A stretch of DNA of 23,360 nucleotides from assembly GCA_046292385.1 (NCBI GenBank), contig JBKBRF010000072.1, positions 1 to 23,360 on the forward strand, given 5' to 3'. The notes under the pieces are model-generated. The model was not told the origin of the DNA. It did no database searches and saw only the letters and a list, made by a program, of their open reading frames with translations. This DNA is from Armatimonadota bacterium (GTDB lineage: Bacteria; Armatimonadota; SYMT01). The position numbers were made by a program, and so were the translations under genes. This document shows positions 16,467-23,360 of this stretch, in pieces; position 1 is the stretch's first letter, and the number at the start of each line of letters is the position of its first letter.

Positions 16467-17908
16467 TACTACAGTTGGAGATCCTGGGTAAGAACGCTCC
16501 GGAGGATCGGAGCCATGTCCAAAGGAGTAACTCGCCAAGAGCCGGACGCCCCGACCGCCGCGGTCCTGGCACAAGGAAGCGCAGCCTTTGAAGCCTTGTG
16601 TGGCCGGATTGACCGACACATCCGCCGTCAGGAAGTGCGCCAACACGTCCGTGGTTACCTGTCCGCCTTGTTAGCGCCCGTGCCACGGAAGCACGGCTGG
16701 CAAGTGGCCCAGCAGATGGGGGAAGCCCGCCCCCACGGCTTACAACGCGTGCTGAACGGCGCGACGTGGGATGCCGACCGGGTCCGGGATGATCTCCAGG
16801 CGTATGTCCAGGAGCACCTGGGCGACTCCGAGGCGGTGCTGGTCGTGGACGAGACCGGGTTCTTGAAGAAGGGTCAGCACTCCGTCGGAGTGTAGCGCCA
16901 ATACAGCGGCACCGCGGGACGGATCGAGAACTGCCAAATAGCTGTCTTCCTGGCCTAGGCCAGTCCGCACGGCCGGACCTTCCTGGACCGAGAGCTCTAC
17001 CTACCCAAAGAATGGGCGGAAGCTGCCGAGCGACGGAAAGCGGCGGGCGTGCCGGAGGGGGTCGAGTTTGCCACGAAGCCGCAGCTGGCCCGGCGGATGT
17101 TGGAACGAGTGCGCACGGCGGGGATCCCGGCGAGATGGGTCACGGCGGATGCGGTCTATGGGGGTGACCGGCGCTTGCGCATGTGGCTTGAAGAGCAAGG
17201 TCAGGCCTTTGTCCTGGAGATTGCATGCAAGGAGCCCCTCTGGACGTGGACGCACGCGGGGCCAGGCCAGGTGCGGGCGGACCAACTCGCGACGGCGCTC
17301 CCGGCAGAAGCTTGGGAGCGGCTTTCAGCCGGAGACGGCGCCAAGGGCCCCCGGCTCTATGACTGGGCGCGAGTAAAGCTGTTCCGGATGCACTGGCCGG
17401 GCTGGGAGCACTGGCTGCTGGTGCGCCGCAGCATCAGTGATCCGCGGCAACTCGCCTACTACGTGGTGTTCGCGCCGGAGGGAACGCCGCTTTCCACCCT
17501 GGTGCGGGTGGCGGGAACCCGTTGGGCGATTGAGGAGTGCTTCGAGACCGCCAAGGGAGAAGTCGGCCTCGACCAATACGAAGTACGCAAGTGGGACGGC
17601 TGGTATCGCTTCATCACCCTGGCCCTGCTCGCGCACGCTTACCTCACCGTGCTGCGACACCAGGCGGCGGTCATCGAAAAAGGGGGGCAGTCAACCGATT
17701 GCCGTACGGGCACCCAGTCGGCCGACCACCTGCTACCGCTGACCCTGCCGGAAGTGCGCCGTCTCCTGCAGGGCTGGGTCTGGCAGCTCGGACCCCCTGA
17801 AGAAAAGGTGCTGGCGTGGTCGCAGTGGCGGCGGCAGCACCAGGCCGCCGCACGCCGCTGCCACTATAAACGACGGGGTGTCCGCAACCCAGATCTCCAA
17901 CTGTAGTA
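16467..17908 (+). mobile_element. IS701-family insertion sequence, 1442 bp
   Basis: IRL TACTACAGTTGGAGATC (16467-16483) and IRR GATCTCCAACTGTAGTA (17892-17908) are perfect 17-bp inverted repeats; 4-bp direct repeat CTAA at 16463-16466 and 17909-17912. Confidence 0.95.
16515..17906 (+). pseudogene. IS701-family DDE transposase interrupted by two in-frame TAG codons
   Basis: One reading frame: [42 protein letters not shown]...ELYLP...FATKPQLA...TADAVYG...RWAIEECFETAKGEVGLDQYEVRKWDGWYR. Stops at 16893-16895 and 16956-16958. Confidence 0.92.
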
Positions 17909-17911
17909 CTA

Positions 17912-17933
17912 AGAGCCGATCCGGATCGGCTCT
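17912..17933. repeat. Perfect 22-bp palindrome at the IS right flank, overlapping the GT4 stop codon
   Basis: AGAGCCGATCC-GGATCGGCTCT. Confidence 0.7.
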
Positions 17934-19020
17934 ACACCGCCAGGGATCGACGAGGCCTTACCCCGGCGCGGTCGTAAGTCGCCAGGACCCCCGCCACCAT
18001 TGCCCGCACCGTAAAGGTCTCCGCCACCCACCGCTTCGCCGCCTGTCCCATCCGCGTCCGGAGCGCCGGGTCGGCGAGGAGACGGTCGAGGCACTCCGTC
18101 AGCGCCGGGACGTCGCCGACGGGAAACGTAAAGCCGGTCTCCCCTTCCCGGATGCACTCTGGGATGCCGCCCAGGCGCGAGCCGATCTGCGGCAGGCCCA
18201 GCAGACCGCCTTCCTGCAGCGCGCGGCCCAGGCCTTCCTTGTCCGTCGAGGGGAGCACCACCAGGTCCATCGCCGCGTAGTACGGCAGCACGTCCGGCTG
18301 GAAGCCCGCGAAGGTGACCCGCTCCGAGAGCCCGAGCGACCGCGCCTGCGCTTCGAGCGCTCCACGCTCCGCGCCCTCGCCCACGAAGACGACCCTCGCC
18401 CGCGGATAGCGGGATGCCAGCGGGTGGAACGCCCGCAGGAACATGTCGTGGCCCTTCTTCGCCGTCAGGTGGGCCACCACCCCCACGAGCTCGCCCTCTT
18501 CCGGAAAGCCGAGCGCACGCCGGGCCTCCGCCCGCGTGCATGGCAGGTAGTAGCGCCCCGGGTCGATGCCGTTGTAGACCACGTCGATCCGCTCCGGGGG
18601 GAGCCCCTGCGCCACCAGGTGCTCCTTGATCCCTTCCGAGATCGCGATTACCCGCGTCGCGCCGCGGTAACAGAAGGCGCTGTTCAGCGCGCGCACGTGC
18701 GCCACCACCGGCATCCGCAGCATCCGCCCCGCGAAGCCGGCGTGCCAGGCGGCGGAGCTGAGCTGGGTATGCAGGACCTCTGCCTCCACTTCGCGCGCCA
18801 GCTTGGCGATCCGGAACGGCGCGCGAGCGTTCAGCTTGCCCGAGATCGAGAGCGGCCGAGCGTCGAGCCCCGCCTCCCGCGCCACCGCGAGCAGCGGACT
18901 GCCGGCCTTGCAACCGACCACCACCCGGTGACCCGCCGCCTGGAGGTGCTCGCAGAGGCTGAGGGTAGAGCGCTCGGCGCCGGAGATACGAGAGGGGGTG
19001 ATGATCTGGAGGATATTCAT
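17932..19020 (-). CDS. Glycosyltransferase family 4 (GT-B, RfaB-like)
   Basis: MNILQI...SGAERS, VIAISE, VVYNGID, KKGHDMFLRA, VGEGAER, FAGFQPDV, EGLGRALQE (E-X7-E), GGIPE.I.EGETG. Confidence 0.93.
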   Translation of the reverse strand: MNILQIITPSRISGAERSTLSLCEHLQAAGHRVVVGCKAGSPLLAVAREAGLDARPLSISGKLNARAPFRIAKLAREVEAEVLHTQLSSAAWHAGFAGRMLRMPVVAHVRALNSAFCYRGATRVIAISEGIKEHLVAQGLPPERIDVVYNGIDPGRYYLPCTRAEARRALGFPEEGELVGVVAHLTAKKGHDMFLRAFHPLASRYPRARVVFVGEGAERGALEAQARSLGLSERVTFAGFQPDVLPYYAAMDLVVLPSTDKEGLGRALQEGGLLGLPQIGSRLGGIPECIREGETGFTFPVGDVPALTECLDRLLADPALRTRMGQAAKRWVAETFTVRAMVAGVLATYDRAGVRPRRSLAV

Positions 19021-19173
19021 AGCTGCTGCTGCCGCTTACTATACACCTCTACGCACGGCTCGCACGAGTCCGCCTCCGAACGGCAACCCGCCGGCAACGC
19101 GAGCAGGCGGCGCTTCCGGTCGGTCTCCGCTAAACTGAACCCTGTCGTAGCCCCCTGCCGAGCCCACCGCCGC

Positions 19174-19962
19174 ATGCCCTACCCGCTCGCTCGCCGCGCC
19201 TTCTGCCTCGCCGCGCTCGCCCTGGCCACCCTCGCGCCGCCGGCCGCTGCCGGGCCGCTCACCGACCGGGAGCTCGACTCGATCGGCCGCCGGATCTGGC
19301 AAAACGAATGCGGGGGCCGGCGGGACGGGCTCACCTCCTGGAACGCCGGGGAGCAGTTTGCCTCGCTCGGCATCGGGCACTTCATCTGGTATCCGAGCGG
19401 CAAGCGCGGCCCGTTCGACGAGGCGTTCCCCGGCCTCGCCAGCTACCTCGCGGAGAACGGCGCGGACGTGCCGGCGTGGGTTCTCGATCGGCCGTGCCCG
19501 TGGTCGACCCGCGCCGAGTTCCAGGCCGATTTTCGCAGCCCGCGGATGAACGAGCTGCGCGACCTGCTGGCCTCGACGATCCGGCTCCAGACCCAGTACA
19601 TCGTGCAGCGGATGGAGGCGAGCCTCCCCAAGGTGCTCGCGGCGGCGCCCGCTGCGCAGCGGGAGAAGGTCCGCACCGGGTTCGAGCGGATGCTCGGCAG
19701 CAGCCGCGGCACCTTCGCGCTGATCGACTACGTCAACTTCAAAGGCGAGGGTATCAAGGAGACGGAGCGCTACCAGGGACACGGCTGGGGCCTGCTGCAG
19801 GTGCTGGCGGGGATGAAAGGCACCACTCGCGACCCGGTGAAGGAATTCTCCGACAGCGCCGTCGCCGTCCTCACGCGCCGCGTGAAGAACTCGCCCCCCG
19901 CCCGCGGCGAGGCCCGCTGGCTCACCGGCTGGAAGAACCGCGTCCGTGCCTACACACGGTGA
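19174..19962 (+). CDS. Secreted hypothetical protein, possibly lysozyme-like fold
   Basis: Signal peptide MPYPLARRAFCLAALALATLAPPAAAG, then IGRRIWQNECGG...LTSWNAGEQFASLGIGHFIWYP, ALIDYVNFKGEG, WGLLQVL, WLTGWKNRV. The 17878 start in the ORF track is antisense read-through of the GT4 gene. Confidence 0.75.
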   Translation: MPYPLARRAFCLAALALATLAPPAAAGPLTDRELDSIGRRIWQNECGGRRDGLTSWNAGEQFASLGIGHFIWYPSGKRGPFDEAFPGLASYLAENGADVPAWVLDRPCPWSTRAEFQADFRSPRMNELRDLLASTIRLQTQYIVQRMEASLPKVLAAAPAAQREKVRTGFERMLGSSRGTFALIDYVNFKGEGIKETERYQGHGWGLLQVLAGMKGTTRDPVKEFSDSAVAVLTRRVKNSPPARGEARWLTGWKNRVRAYTR

Positions 19963-20103
19963 GGTGGCGGTAGAGTTGGTGGTAAACTTGATTGGGACGG
20001 CCGAAGCGGAAGACCGGTGCTTCTTTAAAGGGGCGGATCCCCCTGATCCCCAGTGACATTCCCCCATCCCGTGAAGAGGTTCGGAACGCAAATGGAGCAA
20101 GAA

Positions 20104-21267
20104 ATGCGCGAGCTTGAAAACCTGACCAGTCGCCGACACTTCGTGAAGGGCGCCGCCCTGCTCGCTTCAGCGCCCGCGGCGGGTCTGGTGGGGGCGTCGC
20201 CGGCGCAGGGTCAGGAGCGACGCGAGGGCGGCCTGATCGTGCGGGGGGAGGAGCCCCGCAACCTGGAGTTTCCGTTCTCCACGCTCCGCAGCTTCATCAC
20301 GCCGAACGAGCAGTTCTACATCCGCAACCACTTCTCCCAGCCCTCGCTCGATGCTCGCGAGTGGCGCCTGCGCGTGGAAGGCGCGGTGGAGCGCCCGTTC
20401 GAGCTCACCTACGAGGAGCTGCTCCGCCTGCCGAGCCGCAGCCACACGATGCTGCTGGAATGCGCCGGCAACAACCGCTCGTTCCTGCAGCCGCCGGTCC
20501 GGGGCGTGCAGTGGCAGCTCGGCTCCGTCGGGAACGCGGAGTGGACCGGTGTGCCGCTGGCCGCGCTGCTGGAGCGGGCGCGGGTGAAGTCCCGGGCGGT
20601 AGAGGTGATCCTGGAAGGCGCCGACTCCGGCAAGGCCGGCGACTTACCGGGGACGATCCAGTTCGCGCGCAGCCTGCCGATGGAGAAGGCGCGCCGCGGC
20701 GACGTGCTCCTCGCCCACCAGATGAACGGCGCGCAGCTCCCCGCCTCCCACGGCTTTCCGGTGCGAGCCGTCGTGCCGGGGTGGTACGGCATGGCCTCCG
20801 TCAAGTGGCTCCACCGCATTATCGTAACCGACCAGCCGTTCAACGGCTTCTTCCAGTCGATCGACTACACCTACTGGCAGCGGCCGAGCGGTCTCCCCTC
20901 CCTGACGCCGCTCTCCGAGATGCAGCTCAAGGCGCAAATCGCGCGACCTGCGCCGGAGGAGACGGTCCCTGCCGGAAAGCCGTACCCGGTAGCCGGCGCA
21001 GCCTGGACCGGCGACGGCACCATCGCCGCGGTAGAGGTGAGCACCGACGGCGGCCGCACCTGGTCCCGCGCGCGCCTCGACGGGGAGCCGACCCCGTACA
21101 CCTGGCGCCTCTGGAGCTACGACTGGCGCGCTCCCGCGCCCGGGCAGCACGTGCTGATGGCCCGCGCCATCGACCAGAAGGGCCGGGTCCAGCCGATGGA
21201 GCGAGACGCCGACCGCCGGAACTACATGATCAACCACGTGCTGGCAATCCCGGTCCGGGTGGAGTAG
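20104..21267 (+). CDS. Sulfite oxidase-family molybdopterin enzyme (SorA/SoxC-like), Tat-exported
   Basis: Tat motif TSRRHFVKG; FYIRNHF, LECAGN (Mo-ligating Cys), GNAEWTGV, HGFPVRAVVPGWYGMASVKWL; C-terminal dimerisation domain GAAWTG...VEVSTDGGRTW...RAID..GRVQP. GGAG RBS before ATG 20104. Confidence 0.93.
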   Translation: MRELENLTSRRHFVKGAALLASAPAAGLVGASPAQGQERREGGLIVRGEEPRNLEFPFSTLRSFITPNEQFYIRNHFSQPSLDAREWRLRVEGAVERPFELTYEELLRLPSRSHTMLLECAGNNRSFLQPPVRGVQWQLGSVGNAEWTGVPLAALLERARVKSRAVEVILEGADSGKAGDLPGTIQFARSLPMEKARRGDVLLAHQMNGAQLPASHGFPVRAVVPGWYGMASVKWLHRIIVTDQPFNGFFQSIDYTYWQRPSGLPSLTPLSEMQLKAQIARPAPEETVPAGKPYPVAGAAWTGDGTIAAVEVSTDGGRTWSRARLDGEPTPYTWRLWSYDWRAPAPGQHVLMARAIDQKGRVQPMERDADRRNYMINHVLAIPVRVE

Positions 21268-21283
21268 TCTGCCGAACCTCTAT

Positions 21284-21623
21284 TTCACCACAGAGCGCAC
21301 AGAGGACACAGAGAGGAACCAGGGGTACGAGCTTGTACCGCTTTGCGATCCCTTGCTTCGGCCACGGTCTGGACCTGATTCACCGCAGAGGCCGCTGAGG
21401 GCGCAGAGAGAACGCAGAGAGGGGAACAGAGGGAGAGACCCCGGGGATCGCGGTACGGTACTCGGTAGGCGGTGCAGGCCAACTCTCTCTGGTTCCCCTC
21501 TTTGCGTTCTTGGCGGTGAGAAGGTTCGGACTCTGGTTCGGGTTCTCTCCGCGTCCTCTGCGTCCTCTGCGGTTTACTTCTATCCCAGTTCCTCTCTGTG
21601 CCCTCTGTGTGCTCTGTGGTGAA
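21284..21623. repeat. Triple-nested inverted repeat of 9-bp (C-A/G-CAGAGG-N) units between convergent genes
   Basis: Outer arms 21284-21319 / 21588-21623 match 34/36; middle arms 21382-21413 / 21542-21573 match 28/32; inner arms 21409-21437 / 21483-21510. Confidence 0.88.
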
Positions 21624-21632
21624 TCACCAAAC

Positions 21633-22937
21633 TCAGATCTCCGCCAGGCGCTCCGTGGAGTCCCCGAACTTCTCCAGCCTCACGCCGCACTTGTCCATCA
21701 TCGAGAGGAAGAGGCTGCACATCTTGCGGTTCGGCTTGCCGAGGTAGTCGAGTACGCGGCCGCCCTTGATCTGGCCGCCACCGCCGCCGACCAGGATCAC
21801 CGGGAGCTGGTTCGCCTCGTGGTTGCCGGTGAGCATGCTGGAGCAGTAGAGCAGCATGGTGTTGTCGAGGGCGGTGCGCTCCCCTTCCTGGATCGCGTCG
21901 AGCCGCTTTGCCACGTATGCGACCTGCTCCAGGAAGAACTGGTTCACCTTCAGCCAGTCCGCCGTGTCGCTGTGCGAGAGCAGGTGGTGGATCATGTAGT
22001 CGACGTTCAGGTGCGGGAAGCGCATGGCGCTGTGGTCGTTGTTCAGCTTCAGCGTGCAGACGCGCGTCGCATCGGTCTGGAAGCCGAGGACCATGAGGTC
22101 GCACATCAGGCGCATGTGCTCCGCCACGTTCTCCGGGATCCCGTCCGGCGGGCGCGGCACGTTCGGCTTCTCCAGCGTTGGCCGCCACCCCTGGGTCTCG
22201 CCGCGCTTTCCGGCGTTCTCGATCCGCTGCTCCACCTCGCGCACCGAGGTGAGATATTCGTCGAGCTTCTGGCGGTCGGAGGCGCTGATCTTGCCGCGGA
22301 AGCTCTTCGCGTCTTCCAGCACGGCGTCGAGGACGCTCTTGTCGCCCCGCTCCGCGCCGTCTTTGAAGAGGCGGTCGAACGCCAGCGCCGGGTAAAGCTC
22401 CAGCGGGGTGGCGGTGGTGGGGCTGCTCCACGAGATGTGGGAGCTGTAGAGCATCGAGTAGTTCTTGTGGACGCTCGGGTTCGACTTCTCACAGCCGAGC
22501 ACCAGGCTGGAGACCTTGGTGGAGCCTCCATACCGCTGCGCCACCAGCTGGTCGAAGCTGGTGCCGGAGCGGATCTCGCCGCCGGGGGAAAGCGGAGCGC
22601 CGGAGAGCAGGTTCCCGGTCTGGGAGCTGTGGATGTTCCCCTTCAGCGCCTCTTCGTTGTAGAGGCCGCGGATGAAGAGCAGCTTCTCCCGGAGCGGATG
22701 GAGCGGTGCCAGCACCTGACCCAGCTCCATCGCCTTGCCCTCGCCGCGGGCCCACCACTCCCGGCTGTGGAAGCCGTTGCCGGAGAACATCACCGCCACG
22801 CGGACCGGCGCCTCGCTGCCGGCGCGCGCCGGCTTCGGCTCGTCGCCCCAGACCGGCAGCGACTCCAGCCACGGCAGCGCCATGGTCACGCCGGTTCCAT
22901 ACAGGAACGCTCTTCGGGAAAGGTGGTGGGTCTTCAT
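21633..22937 (-). CDS. DUF1552 domain protein
   Basis: LSRRAFLYGTGVTMALPWLESL, NGF...W, LAPL, SFDQLVA, SLVLG, ISWS..TT..P.E..P.LAFDRLF, SVLDAV, D.QKLDEYLTSVREVEQRI, LMCDLMVLGFQTDATRV, HHLLSH, TALDNT, H...LP.ILVG.GGG. Confidence 0.9.
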   Translation of the reverse strand: MKTHHLSRRAFLYGTGVTMALPWLESLPVWGDEPKPARAGSEAPVRVAVMFSGNGFHSREWWARGEGKAMELGQVLAPLHPLREKLLFIRGLYNEEALKGNIHSSQTGNLLSGAPLSPGGEIRSGTSFDQLVAQRYGGSTKVSSLVLGCEKSNPSVHKNYSMLYSSHISWSSPTTATPLELYPALAFDRLFKDGAERGDKSVLDAVLEDAKSFRGKISASDRQKLDEYLTSVREVEQRIENAGKRGETQGWRPTLEKPNVPRPPDGIPENVAEHMRLMCDLMVLGFQTDATRVCTLKLNNDHSAMRFPHLNVDYMIHHLLSHSDTADWLKVNQFFLEQVAYVAKRLDAIQEGERTALDNTMLLYCSSMLTGNHEANQLPVILVGGGGGQIKGGRVLDYLGKPNRKMCSLFLSMMDKCGVRLEKFGDSTERLAEI

Positions 22938-23118
22938 AGTCTCTTCTGTCTCCGCAGAGAGGCAAAGGTTTCGAGTGTGCTAGCCAAGCTGCGCCGACGG
23001 ACCTAACGGGTTGCGATTCCTCGCCGGGCAGCGTGGCCCTGAACCAGGGCTCGGGCGGAGACTGCGGACCGGGATGACGTCCATGGGTGAGGCGGGACCA
23101 GCTCGCGGGCCGGCATAT

Positions 23119-23259
23119 GGAGTGCGGCAGCTCGCTGCCGCTTTGGGGAGCCGGCCGTTCCCGTAGCATGCTCTCGGGCGACAGCAAGCTGTCTCAGGTT
23201 TCGACGCCTCGTGATCGCAGCCGGCGGCGAAAGCGGGAACAAGTGTCACACGCTGTAAA
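23119..23259. repeat. REP/BIME-like element
   Basis: GGAGT-GCGGCAGC-TC-GCTGCCGC-TTT (23119-23144), central GACAGC-AA-GCTGTC (23180-23193) and a degenerate inverted copy starting AAAGCGGGAACAAG (23230-23259). Confidence 0.55.
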
Positions 23260-23360
23260 GTTGGTGCGCCCCGGGGCGCAGAGTATGTTTTGCCGGCTGC
23301 AGGGCGGGTACTCGCTTTACAGCCGGAATCAGGGCCGGAGGTCCGCACGCTGGAAGCGGC

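Noticed and set aside
16515..17906. Genome-wide TAG reassignment
   Set aside because: TAG ends several full-length genes here (1530, 2663, 3983, 9310, 21267), and the two internal TAGs replace different expected residues.
17878..19173. N-terminal ~430 aa of the 694-aa ORF
   Set aside because: Antisense to the GT4 gene; the real protein begins with a signal peptide at ATG 19174.
19963..20103. Moco riboswitch upstream of the molybdoenzyme
   Set aside because: No stems or conserved elements of the Moco RNA motif were recognisable by eye; an Infernal search would settle it.
21284..21623. CRISPR array
   Set aside because: Repeats are inverted and nested with 9-bp periodicity; there are no regular unique spacers and no cas genes.
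22980..23348. Short ORFs upstream of DUF1552
   Set aside because: No recognisable motifs, atypical codon use, and they run through palindromic repeats.

Overview
High-GC bacterial DNA, probably the start of a metagenomic contig (the first ~90 nt are a poly-C tract that looks like a sequencing artefact). It is a mixed accessory region with 18 intact CDS: CPA2 cation/H+ antiporter, cyclodeaminase/cyclohydrolase-family protein, small HNH protein, DUF362 protein, membrane metallophosphoesterase, YceI, 7-heme lipoprotein cytochrome c, two tandem prohibitin-like SPFH proteins, WD40 protein, large secreted GH-A-clan glycoside hydrolase, DUF2721, a membrane hypothetical, GT4 glycosyltransferase, a secreted possibly lysozyme-fold protein, Tat-exported sulfite-oxidase-family molybdoenzyme and DUF1552. 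A complete IS701-family element (16467-17908; 17-bp perfect TIRs, CTAA target duplication) has two in-frame amber stops in its transposase and sits between two hairpins. Several intergenic spacers carry nested inverted arrays of 7-, 8- and 9-bp units, and there is a REP-like element and a candidate three-way-junction RNA near the right end. I do not see one coherent novel multi-gene system. The best leads are the IS target architecture, the nested repeat elements, the non-canonical phosphoesterase coupled to DUF362, the prohibitin pair, the caspase-less WD40 protein and the lysozyme-like protein. All family calls come from motif recognition by eye, with no database search.
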